Positions 1 to 11,902 of a stretch of DNA of 64,000 bases are shown here, one piece after another (the first letter of the stretch is position 1; the number at the start of each line of letters is the position of its first letter). Origin of the DNA: Candidatus Omnitrophota bacterium (GTDB lineage Bacteria; Omnitrophota; Gorgyraeia; Gygaellales; Profunditerraquicolaceae). The notes beneath the pieces were generated by a model, which was not told the origin of the DNA, made no database searches, and saw nothing but the letters and a program-made list of their open reading frames with translations. The position numbers were made by a program, and so were the translations under genes. The DNA lies in contig JAPLLR010000016.1 in NCBI GenBank assembly GCA_026387455.1, positions 6,358 through 70,357 on the forward strand, in the 5' to 3' direction.

Positions 1-1
1 C

Positions 2-529
2 GCTTTGTGTGTAGTGCAAATCGAAGTGATGCCAAGGCCTGATGAATGCAGGACCAGCGCCTATCCATGGCCAAAATATCCCCTGCTTCTTAAGACATCC
101 TCCAGCCACGAAGAAGGGGGAGAGCGACACTGGGCGGTATTGACAAAGAGCTTTATCGGGGAAAAGGGATGTGTAAAGAAGCTTTCTTGCGTAAGGGTGG
201 AGTTTACTCAAGAAAAGGCTTTAACCTGCGCTATTATGAAAGAGGTTAGGGGAAGCGAATTTGAGATCGAGGCGGATCTGGTGATACTGGCTATGGGTTT
301 TCTGCACCCTGAGCATCCGGGCCTGCTTACTGACTTGAAAGTCAAATTTGACGAGCGGGGCAATGTGTCAACTGATTCAAATTATGTGACCTCAGTGGAA
401 AAAGTTTTTTCCGCGGGAGATATGCGGCGCGGGCAATCGCTGGTGGTCTGGGCGATTTCAGAAGGAAGACGCGCAGCTTATTCTATAGACAAATACCTGA
501 TGGGTGAAAGCAATCTGGCGATTATATAG
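2..529 (+). CDS. gltD: glutamate synthase small subunit, C-terminal part (5' truncated by window)
   Basis: Motifs SSHEEGG, ADLVILAMGF, AGDMRRGQSLVVWAISEGR. Confidence 0.9.
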   Translation, partial: ALCVVQIEVMPRPDECRTSAYPWPKYPLLLKTSSSHEEGGERHWAVLTKSFIGEKGCVKKLSCVRVEFTQEKALTCAIMKEVRGSEFEIEADLVILAMGFLHPEHPGLLTDLKVKFDERGNVSTDSNYVTSVEKVFSAGDMRRGQSLVVWAISEGRRAAYSIDKYLMGESNLAII

Positions 530-571
530 CACCCAACCTTATAGGACAGGTTGGTGTTCAGCTTTCTGCTG
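529..571 (+). repeat. 43-nt two-hairpin element (type A)
   Basis: GCACCCAACC-TTATAGGACA-GGTTGGTG, then CAGC-TTTCT-GCTG, directly before AAGGGGG RBS. Confidence 0.85.
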
Positions 572-582
572 AAGGGGGTAAT

Positions 583-3150
583 ATGATAAGCACAGGGATA
601 AAAGGTTTAGACAATGTGATTACCGGACTTCGGGCCGGAGATAATGTAGTCTGGCAGATAGATGATATAGAAGACTATATCGACCTGGTGAAGCCGTTTG
701 TGCGCCAGGCCCTGGAGGAGAAAAAGAAAGTCATTTACATCAGGTTCGCTTCGCATAAAGAGCTGCTTAAACCTTCAAAAGAGATAAGGCGATATGAGCT
801 GAACGCTTATGCCGGTTTTGAGCCATTTACCACAAAGGTGAATAATATCATCACCCAGGAAGGTGTTGGCGCGTACTATGTTTTCGATTGTCTGTCGGAA
901 CTTCTTTTGGCTTGGGCTACTGACCTGATGATTGGTAACTTTTTTATGGTGACCTGCCCGTATCTTTATGAGCTTAAGACCCTGACTTATTTTTCGATAA
1001 TGCGTAATAACCATTCCTTTAAATCCATAGCCCGTATCCGCGAGACTACACAGCTATTAATGGATGTGTATCACTGTGAGGGCAATCGTTTTATTCATCC
1101 CTTAAAGGTCTGGAACCGTTATTCCCCTACGATGTTTCTGCCCCACCAAAAAGAAGGCGATAAGTTTATCCCTATAACTGACAGTGTGAATGTCACGAAC
1201 ATCCTAACCTATATCCGGGAAAAAGGTGCGGAGAGCGCAAAGAGGAATCTGGACTATTGGGACAGGCTGTTTCTTGAGGCAGAGGAGCTGATCAAGGGTA
1301 AGGCCTCAGAGGAGCGTAAGAAAGAGATGGTCAAGAGGCTTTGTAGCATCATGATCGCAAAGAATAAAAAGATACTATCTTTGGCAATAAGTAATTTTTC
1401 GCTTGAGGAGATCATCGATATAAAGTCCAGGCTGATAGGCACCGGGTTTATCGGCGGCAAAGCCGTGGGGATGCTTTTGGCCAGGAAAATACTTTTTAAA
1501 GCCAAACAGCTTGACTGGCAGAAGCTTTCTGAGCCGCATGATTCATTTTACATAGGTTCAGATATATTCTATTCATATGTCGTTGAGAACCGCTGGTGGA
1601 AATTGCATATGCAGCAGAAGACCGACGAGGGATATTTTAATATCGCTAAAGTCATGAAAGAAAAGATGCTCTACGGGGTTTTTCCGGAAGAGATCATGGA
1701 GCATTTCCAGCAGATCATAGAATACTTTGGTTCTTCTCCCATTATCGTGCGCTCAAGCTCGTTATTAGAGGATGATTTCGGAAACGCGTTTGCCGGAAAA
1801 TACGAAAGCATATTTTTGGCGAATCAGGGCACCCCCGAGCAAAGGTATATCCAGTTCGCAGAGGCGGTAAGAAATGTCTATACCAGCACTATGAATGAAG
1901 ACGCGCTTACTTACAGGAAGCAAAGGGGCCTGGATAAGTCGGATGAGCAAATGGCGCTTTTGGTGCAGCGGGTTTCTGGGGATTACCACAAACAGTATTT
2001 TTTTCCCGACCTTGCCGGAGTGGGAGTTTCCTACAATACTTATGTATGGAATAAAGAGATCAATCCTGAGGCGGGGATGCTCAGGCTGGTATTCGGCCTG
2101 GGCACCAGGGCAGTCAATCGCGTGGAAGGAGATTATCCCAGGATGGTGGCGCTGGATGATCCTTTACGCAGGCCCTATGCGGAAAAAGATGACCTGAGGA
2201 AATATTCGCAGCATGAGGTCGATCTCATAGACATCAAGGCCAATGAACTCAGGACTGTTCCTTTTGAAAAAGTTGTAAGCGAAAAATCCTATACCGATAT
2301 AAGTCGCGTAGCGGTAAAAGATTATGAGTCGATGAAGATGATGGCTGAAAGGGCGGGAAAAGACAAAGAGTATTGGATTCTAACGCTGGATAACTTGTTT
2401 AAGGATGATGCTTTGGCAGGTTCCCTGAAAAATATTCTGAAATCTCTTGAGAAAAGCTATTATTATCCTGTGGAGATAGAATTCACCGTAAACTTTATTA
2501 AGGACGGTACTTTTAAGATTAATCTTTTGCAATGTCGGCCGTTGCAGACGCGCGGTATCGGCAATAAAGTTACTATTCCCGAACAGGTGAAGAAAGAGAA
2601 TATCTTTTTTGAATCGCGTGGATATTTCTTGGGCGGGAATATTTCGCAGAAGATTTCCTGGATTATTTATGTGGATCCCGGAAAGTACACCAAGCTTGTG
2701 TTATCGGATAAGTATGAGGTCGCCCGCATAGTGGGTAAGTTAAACCGGATCATAAAAGATAAGGAGGAGCTCCCTACTCTTTTGATGGGCCCGGGCAGAT
2801 GGGGTACAACCACTCCTTCGTTGGGTGTATCAGTGAAATTCGCAGAGATCAATAATATAGCTGTCCTGGCAGAGGTTGCTTTTTCAGAAGGAAATCTTAT
2901 GCCGGAGCTTTCTTACGGAACGCACTTTTTCCAGGACTTGGTCGAGACAAATATATTCTACGTTGCGCTTTTTCCGGAGAAAAAAGAAGTGATTTTTAAT
3001 AAGGGGTTGTTTACGCAGTCAAAAAGTCTTTTTGGGGAACTTATACCCGAATCCACCAAGTTTGAGGATGTCGTCGGCGTCTACGATGTAAGTAGTAAGG
3101 GCTTAAAAATAATGTCAGATGTGGTGTCTCAGAGAGTGATATGTTTCTAA
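583..3150 (+). CDS. PEP/pyruvate-binding (PPDK_N-like) domain protein with degenerate KaiC/RecA-like N-terminus
   Basis: IGGKA, VRSSSLLEDDFGNAFAGKYES, LLQCRP, GPGRWG, SYGTHFFQDLVE; N-terminus ISTGIKGLD. Confidence 0.8.
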   Translation: MISTGIKGLDNVITGLRAGDNVVWQIDDIEDYIDLVKPFVRQALEEKKKVIYIRFASHKELLKPSKEIRRYELNAYAGFEPFTTKVNNIITQEGVGAYYVFDCLSELLLAWATDLMIGNFFMVTCPYLYELKTLTYFSIMRNNHSFKSIARIRETTQLLMDVYHCEGNRFIHPLKVWNRYSPTMFLPHQKEGDKFIPITDSVNVTNILTYIREKGAESAKRNLDYWDRLFLEAEELIKGKASEERKKEMVKRLCSIMIAKNKKILSLAISNFSLEEIIDIKSRLIGTGFIGGKAVGMLLARKILFKAKQLDWQKLSEPHDSFYIGSDIFYSYVVENRWWKLHMQQKTDEGYFNIAKVMKEKMLYGVFPEEIMEHFQQIIEYFGSSPIIVRSSSLLEDDFGNAFAGKYESIFLANQGTPEQRYIQFAEAVRNVYTSTMNEDALTYRKQRGLDKSDEQMALLVQRVSGDYHKQYFFPDLAGVGVSYNTYVWNKEINPEAGMLRLVFGLGTRAVNRVEGDYPRMVALDDPLRRPYAEKDDLRKYSQHEVDLIDIKANELRTVPFEKVVSEKSYTDISRVAVKDYESMKMMAERAGKDKEYWILTLDNLFKDDALAGSLKNILKSLEKSYYYPVEIEFTVNFIKDGTFKINLLQCRPLQTRGIGNKVTIPEQVKKENIFFESRGYFLGGNISQKISWIIYVDPGKYTKLVLSDKYEVARIVGKLNRIIKDKEELPTLLMGPGRWGTTTPSLGVSVKFAEINNIAVLAEVAFSEGNLMPELSYGTHFFQDLVETNIFYVALFPEKKEVIFNKGLFTQSKSLFGELIPESTKFEDVVGVYDVSSKGLKIMSDVVSQRVICF

Positions 3151-3161
3151 CTTTTAAGAAC

Positions 3162-4127
3162 TTACCATTTGAATCCTATCCCCGCTTTGACGGTTACGTC
3201 TTTGCCATCTTTTAGTGCCTGTAAAAAGATATCGCCGCAGCCGTTAAGGATAGATTTGTTAAGTTTCAGGTTTATTCCCAGTTCTTTGTGTAGGTTGTTT
3301 CTTAATTTTAATTCAAGATTTGTCCTGTTTGCAATCCTGCACTCTGCCCCAAAGACGATGCTGCGGATCTTTCCTTCTTCGTAAGGCATCTCAAATAAGA
3401 GTCCGAGTTTTTCGAATATTCTCCACGAGCCAAAGAGCAGAAGTTTTTTCTTCTCTGGCTTTAAACCTATTCCTAGTTCGTATTCCAGACCACGCTTTGC
3501 CGGCTTACCCAGACTCACCTGAAAATTGAATCCGGAGTCTAACTCTTTATTCAGGACATAGGATACGCGGTTTTTCTCGGTTATATCCCAGTAGCCTTTA
3601 AAGGTGATGCTGTGGGCAATTTTTTCCTTTCGCTTTAAGCCGGTCTTGGTATAGGTATAAATGATTTGATTTTGTTTGTTCACTTCCCAGGCGCCGACAA
3701 GGATAAGGGTGTCGTATAAGTCATTTTCTTTTGCTATTAGGAAGCTGAGCCGATTATAAGCATCAACCTGCCATTTTCCGCTAAGTTTTAGTATGCTCAG
3801 GTGTGTCCTGCCTGTGGAATCTTTGCTGGTTATACTGAAGGCTAGCTCATCAGCTCTTGCGTCGATGATCTCGCCGGCTAGGGTCAACTTGTCTGCGGAC
3901 GGATTATTTTCTCTATCCAGCGTAAGTGCTAGATTGTGCCCATTATCCAAAGACCACTTTCCTGAAAGTCTTAGCTGTTGTGGTACGCCTGAGGGCAGGG
4001 GCTGTTTGACGCGGTAGGTAAGGGCGTTAGTTCTATCGATATCAAACTCTCCATCCAGCGCTACGCGCATGATTTTGAGCCTGCCGGAGGGGTCGATACC
4101 GTATTCTACTGTTTCATTCTTTCGCAT
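3162..4127 (-). CDS. hypothetical beta-rich protein with internal GxW..N repeats
   Basis: 321 aa ORF filling the gap between + strand genes; repeats GKWSLDNGHNL, GKWQVDAYNRL, GAWEVNKQNQI, GYWDITEKNRV. Confidence 0.7.
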   Translation of the reverse strand: MRKNETVEYGIDPSGRLKIMRVALDGEFDIDRTNALTYRVKQPLPSGVPQQLRLSGKWSLDNGHNLALTLDRENNPSADKLTLAGEIIDARADELAFSITSKDSTGRTHLSILKLSGKWQVDAYNRLSFLIAKENDLYDTLILVGAWEVNKQNQIIYTYTKTGLKRKEKIAHSITFKGYWDITEKNRVSYVLNKELDSGFNFQVSLGKPAKRGLEYELGIGLKPEKKKLLLFGSWRIFEKLGLLFEMPYEEGKIRSIVFGAECRIANRTNLELKLRNNLHKELGINLKLNKSILNGCGDIFLQALKDGKDVTVKAGIGFKW

Positions 4128-4226
4128 TTATTAATAATAGCACAGCCGGTAGGCAAATCCTATTGTAAAGGTATATTTTTCGCGGTAGAATATTGATTCG
4201 CACGAGAGAAAGTTTAGAGCTCATTT

Positions 4227-4269
4227 TACCCCCAATTTTATGGGATAAATTGGGGTTGAGCTTGTGCTC
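4227..4269 (+). repeat. 43-nt two-hairpin element (variant)
   Basis: CCCCAATTT-TATGGGAT-AAATTGGGG, then GAGC-TTGT-GCTC, directly before AAGGAGG; near-homolog at 27322. Confidence 0.75.
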
Positions 4270-4281
4270 AAGGAGGAAAAG

Positions 4282-5235
4282 ATGTTTAGAGAAAAAATTA
4301 AAGTTTTAGACTGCACTATCAGGGACGGTGGTTTGATCAACGATCATGATTTTGACCTGCGCTTTGTGCGCGCGGTGTATAAGGCGTTGGCTGAGGCAGG
4401 CGTCGATTATATGGAGATCGGGTATAAGAACTCCAAGAAGCTTTTTGACCCTAAAAAGTTCGGGAAATGGAAATTTTGCGATGATGATGATATCAGAAAA
4501 GTCATAGAGGGCATAGAATCCAAGACCAAGATCTCGGTGATGGTGGATGTGGATAGGGTAGATATGGACGATATCTGCCTTAAAAAAGACAGTCCCGTGG
4601 ATATGGTTAGGGTTGCTACTTACATTAAAGACGTGGATAAAGCCATACATCTTGAGAACAACTTTGCTGTCAAGGGGTATGAGACTGCGGTGAATATCAT
4701 GGCCATATCTAAGACCCTGGATAATGAGCTTACTGAATGCCTGTATCAGCTGGAACAGGAGAGCAAGGCAAAAATAATTTACATCGTGGACAGTTTCGGA
4801 TCTCTTTATCAGGAGACCACCGAGTTCCTGATCAAGAAAGCAAAGCATATCCTCAAGACCAAAGAGGTAGGAATTCATGCCCATAATAACCAGCAGCTGG
4901 CTTTTGCCAACAGCATTGAGGCGATTATTCACGATGCCAATTATGTGGATTCTACTATCTACGGCATGGGCCGAGCCGCAGGAAATTGTCCTACGGAATT
5001 ATTATTGGGATTCTTAAAGAATCCCAAATATGATATCCGGCCGGTCCTGGATGTGATCTCTAAAGAGTTCATTCCTTTGAGGGAGAAGATGGAGTGGGGT
5101 TATATTATCCCTCATGCTATTACGGGAATTCTTGATGAGCATCCGCGTACGGCAATAGCTTTGCGCGAGAGCGACAAGAAGGAAGATTATCGTGAGTTTT
5201 GGGAGAGCTTGGTAGGAGAGGATGACGGGGAGTAA
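4282..5235 (+). CDS. DRE-TIM (HMGL-like) aldolase, 4-hydroxy-2-oxovalerate aldolase-like
   Basis: LDCTIRDGG, HAHNNQQLA, GMGRAAGN; ATG 4282 follows AAGGAGG. Confidence 0.8.
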   Translation: MFREKIKVLDCTIRDGGLINDHDFDLRFVRAVYKALAEAGVDYMEIGYKNSKKLFDPKKFGKWKFCDDDDIRKVIEGIESKTKISVMVDVDRVDMDDICLKKDSPVDMVRVATYIKDVDKAIHLENNFAVKGYETAVNIMAISKTLDNELTECLYQLEQESKAKIIYIVDSFGSLYQETTEFLIKKAKHILKTKEVGIHAHNNQQLAFANSIEAIIHDANYVDSTIYGMGRAAGNCPTELLLGFLKNPKYDIRPVLDVISKEFIPLREKMEWGYIIPHAITGILDEHPRTAIALRESDKKEDYREFWESLVGEDDGE

Positions 5236-5868
5236 ATGGACGTAGCAATTTTCAAGAAAAAGCCGCTTTTGGGAATTTTGCGTGGAGTAAGTGCTGAATG
5301 TATCGAGCCGCTGGTTGAAACAATGGTAGCCTCAGGCTTAGAGACCATAGAGATCACCATGAATACAGCGAATGCCCCGGAATTGATCAAGAAGGCAAAG
5401 CAACTCGCGAGGGGGCGTTTGGTGATTGGCGCTGGGACTGTGCTTACCCTGGATAGTCTCAAAAACGCTTTGGATAGCGGAGCTACCTTTATAGTGACTC
5501 CGGTGTTAGTGGAGGATGTAGTCGGGTATTGCGTCAAGAATAAAATTCCGGTTTTTCCCGGAGCGCTGACCCCGACAGAGATTTATCATACTTGGCAGGC
5601 GGGGGCTACAATGGTAAAAGTCTTCCCGGCAAAATTATTCGGTCCGGGATATTTTCGCGAGATCCGCGGGCCGTTTGATGATATTCAGCTTTTAGCCTGT
5701 GCCGGAGTGACGCCGGAGAATATGTCAGAGTATTTTGCTTGCGGAGCTAACGCGGTTTCTTTCGGGGCAAGCGTTTTTAGAAGAGAGTGGCTGGAGGCAG
5801 GAGATTTTAAGGCAATCGGTGAGGCAGTAGAAAGGTATATCGACGCCGCGAAAAAGAATATTATTTAA
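5236..5868 (+). CDS. eda: KDPG/KHG aldolase
   Basis: IEITM, GAGTVL, PGALTPTEI, VKVFPA. Confidence 0.85.
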   Translation: MDVAIFKKKPLLGILRGVSAECIEPLVETMVASGLETIEITMNTANAPELIKKAKQLARGRLVIGAGTVLTLDSLKNALDSGATFIVTPVLVEDVVGYCVKNKIPVFPGALTPTEIYHTWQAGATMVKVFPAKLFGPGYFREIRGPFDDIQLLACAGVTPENMSEYFACGANAVSFGASVFRREWLEAGDFKAIGEAVERYIDAAKKNII

Positions 5869-5870
5869 GG

Positions 5871-5898
5871 TTGACAATTTTAGGAAATGTGCTATACT
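5871..5898 (+). promoter_or_regulatory. sigma70-type promoter of csp
   Basis: TTGACA-16 bp-TATACT with extended TG. Confidence 0.75.
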
Positions 5899-6018
5899 CC
5901 TTTCAGTAGTAAATAAGATTAGGAGTCTAGAGGCCGCGAGGTTTTTGATAACTAACCTGGCGGTTTTTTTATATCTGCTGTTATTTACTATAAATTGAAG
6001 GGAAGGAGGTAGTAAATA

Positions 6019-6219
6019 ATGGCAAAAGGAAAAGTGAAGTGGTTTTCAGATCAGAAGGGTTATGGGTTTATCACACCTGAGTCGGGTAGCGATGTGTTTG
6101 TGCATCATAGCGCGATCCAGGGTGAGGGCTATAAGTCTTTAGCCGAAGGACAGGATGTCGAGTTTGATATCGAAAAAGGTCCTAAGGGTGAGCAGGCTAC
6201 TAAAGTTGTAAAACTTTAA
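6019..6219 (+). CDS. csp: cold-shock protein
   Basis: KGKVKWF, KGYGFI (RNP1), VFVHHS (RNP2); SD GGAGG. Confidence 0.95.
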   Translation: MAKGKVKWFSDQKGYGFITPESGSDVFVHHSAIQGEGYKSLAEGQDVEFDIEKGPKGEQATKVVKL

Positions 6220-6231
6220 CCTGATTCAAAC

Positions 6232-6264
6232 AAAGCCCGGCTTCATAAAGAGGCCGGGCTTTTT
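6232..6264 (+). terminator. intrinsic terminator
   Basis: AAAGCCCGGC..GCCGGGCTTTTT after csp stop. Confidence 0.8.
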
Positions 6265-6312
6265 ATTTGCCCCTGTGGGGTATTTTACTTACCCCTAATA
6301 GAGGGCTTATAT

Positions 6313-6452
6313 TAACCCCTCGCCTAAACATCCCGAAAATCTCTTCGATATTTTCGGGATAGGCTTCGGGGTAGGCCCCTTCCTTAATAGGATAGGAAGG
6401 GCCACCCCCGTGGGGTAGTTTACCTACCCGTAATAGCGGGTAAATTAAGGAG
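6313..6452 (+). repeat. family C hairpin repeat interrupted by a type B element
   Basis: CCCTCGCCTAAAC-hairpin-AGGCTTCGGG...ACCCGTAATAGCGGGT-AAGGAGG; colinear with 33101-33196 once 6375-6418 is removed. Confidence 0.8.
6375..6418 (+). mobile_element. 44-nt two-hairpin element (type B) with TAG on both sides
   Basis: GCCCCTTCCT-TAATAGGAT-AGGAAGGGC plus ACCCC..GGGG; absent from homologous repeat at 33101. Confidence 0.75.
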
Positions 6453-6458
6453 GTTCTT

Positions 6459-6659
6459 ATGCATACAGGAACAATCAAGAAATTGGTCCGCGAAAGAGGT
6501 TTTGGTTTTGTCAGTGATACAGACGGCAGAGAGTTGTTCTTTCACCAGTCTGGGCTGATTGACGCTAAGTTTGATACTTTAAATGAGGGGCAGGCGGTAA
6601 CTTTTGAGGTTGAGAAATCAGATAAGGGGCCGCGGGCGATCGATGTGCGCATTGCCTAA
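6459..6659 (+). CDS. csp: cold-shock domain protein
   Basis: RGFGFV, LFFHQS, KGPRA. Confidence 0.9.
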   Translation: MHTGTIKKLVRERGFGFVSDTDGRELFFHQSGLIDAKFDTLNEGQAVTFEVEKSDKGPRAIDVRIA

Positions 6660-6699
6660 GCTTAGGAGCGCTTTCGCAGGGAAAATTTATTGAAAAAAT

Positions 6700-6727
6700 T
6701 TGACATCTAGGGGTTTTGTGGTATAGT
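6700..6727 (+). promoter_or_regulatory. sigma70-type promoter of pyrG-carAB
   Basis: TTGACA-16 bp-TATAGT with extended TG. Confidence 0.7.
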
Positions 6728-6730
6728 TAG

Positions 6731-8388
<1,658 letters not shown>

Positions 8389-8389
<1 letters not shown>

Positions 8390-9492
8390 TGAAAGAAGCG
8401 ATTTTAGCCCTAGAAGACGGAAAGATTTTTAAAGGGAAATCTTTTGGCGCCCAAGGTGAGCGGACCGGCGAGGTGGTTTTTAACACCAGCATGTCCGGAT
8501 ACCAGGAGATCATTACTGATCCTTCCTATAAGGGCCAGATTGTGACTATGACCTATCCTTTAATGGGTAATTATGGTGTAAACACCGAAGACGTGGAGTC
8601 GCGTAAGCCGTATCTCGAAGGTTTTGCGGTACATGTTTACAGCAAGATTGCAAGCAACTGGCGCAAGGATCAAGCGCTGGGAGACTATCTTAAGGAGAAT
8701 AATATTCTAGGTATTGAAGGTATTGATACCCGTGCTCTTACCTTGCATATTCGTTTAGCTGGTGCGATGAAAGCGGTTTTATCTACCGTAGACCTGAATG
8801 AGAAAAGATTAATAGAGAAAGCTAGAAAATCCAAAGGCCTGGTGGGAGTAGATCTGGTCAAAGAGGTTACTTGCACTAAGAAATATATTTGGGGTAAGAT
8901 AAAGAAGGCAAAATACAGGGTGGTGGTTCTGGATTGCGGAGTTAAATATAATATCCTGCGTGAGTTGTTTAAGCGCGGATGCGAAGTGATGGTAATGCCG
9001 GCAACTGTTAATAGCGGTGAGATCCTTAAACTTAAGCCTCATGGCTTGCTGCTTTCAAATGGGCCCGGTGACCCCGCGGCAGTGAGATATGTGGTTACGA
9101 CTGTAGTCCAGCTTATCGGAAAATTGCCGATTTTCGGGATATGTCTTGGTCAGCAGATGTTGGGTTTGGGCTTGGGGGCAGATACCTATAAATTAAAGTT
9201 CGGACACCACGGAGCCAATCAGCCGGTGATGGATCTGAAGACGAAAAAAGTTTTGATTACTAGTCAGAATCACGGATTTTGCGTTAATATTGATTCATTA
9301 CTAAGGAAGAATATCGAGATCACTCATGTTAATTTAAACGACAATACTCTGGAAGGGTTTAAGCATAAGAAATTTCCGGTGTTCTGCGTGCAGTTTCATC
9401 CTGAGGCTTCTCCCGGTCCGCACGATGCCGAATATTTATTTGATAATTTTATCCAGCTGATGAAAAAACATGCCAAAAAGAACAGATATTAA
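8389..9492 (+). CDS. carA: carbamoyl-phosphate synthase small subunit
   Basis: [36 protein letters not shown]. Confidence 0.97.
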
Positions 9493-11128
9493 GAAGATTT
9501 TAATAATCGGCTCGGGCCCGATAGTAATCGGCCAAGGCTGTGAATTTGATTATTCCGGCACCCAGGCCTGCAAGGTTTTGAAGCAGGAGGGGTTTGAGGT
9601 GGTGCTGGTGAATTCTAATCCAGCGACTATTATGACTGATCCCCAGCTGGCGGACCGGACTTATGTGGAGCCGATCACCCCGGAAATGGTGGCTAAGATA
9701 ATCAAGAAAGAGCGTCCGGATGCGTTGTTGCCCACTTTAGGCGGGCAAACCGCGTTGAATACCGCGGTGGCCCTGGCTGAAATGGGGGTCTTAAAGAAAT
9801 TTAAAGTTGAGACAATCGGGGCAAATATTAAAGCCATCAAAAAAGGCGAAGACAGAAGGCTTTTTAAGGAGGCGATGCTCAAAATCGGCTTAGATCTTCC
9901 CAAAAGTGATAAGGCCTATAAATTGGACGAGGCCTGCAAAGTCGCTGAAAAAATCGGTTTTCCGGTTATCATCCGGCCGAGTTTTACTCTAGGTGGCACT
10001 GGAGGAAGCGTGGCTTATAATGCAGAGGAATTCAGAGTCCTTGCCAAGCACGGTTTAGAATCCAGCATGATCAGCGAGATCCTGGTCGAGGAATCTGTGG
10101 CGGGATGGAAAGAATTTGAGCTGGAGGTTATGCGCGACCTGAAAGATAATGTAGTGATCATCTGTTCTATTGAGAACCTTGATCCCATGGGCGTACATAC
10201 CGGAGACAGCATTACTGTGGCACCCATTCAGACTCTGACCGATAAGGAATATCAGAAGATGCGCGATGCGGCTATTGCCTGTATTCGGGAAATCGGGGTT
10301 GAGACGGGTGGATCGAATATTCAGTTTGCCCTAAACCCTGATAATGGTCGCATGGTAGTGATTGAGATGAACCCCAGGGTCTCCAGAAGTTCTGCTTTGG
10401 CTTCCAAGGCTACAGGTTTTCCTATCGCGAAAATCGCGGCAAAGTTAGCTGTTGGGTATACTCTGGATGAGATTCCCAATGATATTACCCGCGTGACCCC
10501 CGCCTGTTTTGAGCCTTCTATAGATTACTGCGTGGTGAAGATCCCGCGCTTTACTTTTGAGAAATTCCCTTCCGCGGATTCTACCCTTACGGTTTCCATG
10601 AAGAGCGTGGGAGAAGCGATGTCCATAGGCAGGACTTTTAAGGAGTCTTTGCAAAAAGGCCTGCGTTCCCTTGAAATCAAGAAGTTTGGTTTAGAGAGCA
10701 TGCTTTTTACGGATATCAGAAATATTAAGATGGCTTGTGACACCCTGGAAATTATCTATCAAAAACTTGTGGTTCCCAATGCAGAGAGGATCTTTTATCT
10801 GGGGGATGCTTTTCGTGCCGGAGTGGGCATAGAGAAGATCTTTGAGCTGACTAAAATCGATCGCTGGTTCCTTTATAATATTAAAGAGATAATTGATTTG
10901 GAAAAGGAGATCGTAAAGGCCGCAAGCGTTAGTAAAGAATTATTGAAACAGGCCAAGGATTGCGGGTTTTCTGACCGACAACTGGCCAAACTTTTAGGCA
11001 AAAAAGAAGAAGATATCTATAAGCTGCGTAAGTTCTTTGGTATTACACCAGCCTTTAAATTAGTGGATACCTGTGCTGCGGAATTTCAGGCGCACACGCC
11101 GTATTTTTACTCTACCTACGATAAATAA
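9470..11128 (+). CDS. carB: carbamoyl-phosphate synthase large subunit, N-terminal half only
   Basis: [30 protein letters not shown]; stops after YFYSTY at 552 aa. Confidence 0.9.
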   Translation: MPKRTDIKKILIIGSGPIVIGQGCEFDYSGTQACKVLKQEGFEVVLVNSNPATIMTDPQLADRTYVEPITPEMVAKIIKKERPDALLPTLGGQTALNTAVALAEMGVLKKFKVETIGANIKAIKKGEDRRLFKEAMLKIGLDLPKSDKAYKLDEACKVAEKIGFPVIIRPSFTLGGTGGSVAYNAEEFRVLAKHGLESSMISEILVEESVAGWKEFELEVMRDLKDNVVIICSIENLDPMGVHTGDSITVAPIQTLTDKEYQKMRDAAIACIREIGVETGGSNIQFALNPDNGRMVVIEMNPRVSRSSALASKATGFPIAKIAAKLAVGYTLDEIPNDITRVTPACFEPSIDYCVVKIPRFTFEKFPSADSTLTVSMKSVGEAMSIGRTFKESLQKGLRSLEIKKFGLESMLFTDIRNIKMACDTLEIIYQKLVVPNAERIFYLGDAFRAGVGIEKIFELTKIDRWFLYNIKEIIDLEKEIVKAASVSKELLKQAKDCGFSDRQLAKLLGKKEEDIYKLRKFFGITPAFKLVDTCAAEFQAHTPYFYSTYDK

Positions 11129-11138
11129 GGTTGTAAAT

Positions 11139-11564
11139 ATGTGCTTTAGAATAATTCTATTCTGTTTATTGATTACTTCTATTTCTTATTTAGCGCAGGC
11201 GAAAGAGAAGGGTAAATTGGTTTGTTTTAAGAATGCTTGTGTGAGCGCGGAAACGGCGAGCACTCCGGAAGAAAAGCATCGGGGATTAATGTTCAGGAAA
11301 ACTCTAGGAGGGCTCTCGGGAATGCTTTTTGTCAATCAGCACGAGGGTCTATACCCATTTTGGATGAAAAATACGCTGATTTCCCTCGATATTATCTGGA
11401 TAAGTAAAGACAAAAAAGTTGTCTATATCGCAAAGAACGTTCAGCCTTGCCTTGAAACGTGTGAGGCTATTAAACCGGCTTGTCCGGCCCAGTATATATT
11501 AGAGGTTAATGCTGGATTTATTGAGAAATATCAGATTAAGGTTGGGCAAAGATTAGATTTCTAA
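11139..11564 (+). CDS. DUF192-family exported protein
   Basis: Signal peptide; GLMFR, GMLF, FWMKNTLISLDIIW, YILEVNAG. Confidence 0.85.
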   Translation: MCFRIILFCLLITSISYLAQAKEKGKLVCFKNACVSAETASTPEEKHRGLMFRKTLGGLSGMLFVNQHEGLYPFWMKNTLISLDIIWISKDKKVVYIAKNVQPCLETCEAIKPACPAQYILEVNAGFIEKYQIKVGQRLDF

Positions 11565-11635
11565 TCAAAGCCTAAAAAATAGTCTTGATTCCCGATGTAT
11601 TTAGGCTACAATGGCTAAAGAGGAGAAAACGTATA

Positions 11636-11863
11636 ATGAAAATGATCATCGGTTTGACCTTCCCGGGTGAGCTTAAAGATGAGTCGATCATCTGCACCCT
11701 TTGCAAGAATTTCGATATCAAGCTGAATATTTTCGAGGCATCATTCTCTATGTATTCGGGATGGGCGATACTAGGTATTGAAGGCGAAGAGGAAGTGCTC
11801 AAAAAATCTTTCGATTTTTTGAGGACCAAGAACATCAACATCGAGAAAATTGAGACAAAATAA
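11636..11863 (+). CDS. NIL-domain small protein
   Basis: LTFPGE..IICTLCKNFDIKLNIFEA pattern; SD GAGGAG. Confidence 0.7.
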   Translation: MKMIIGLTFPGELKDESIICTLCKNFDIKLNIFEASFSMYSGWAILGIEGEEEVLKKSFDFLRTKNINIEKIETK

Positions 11864-11902
11864 CCTCTTTCTCTGGGCGCTCCAAGGCGCCGAAAGTTTC
11901 CC

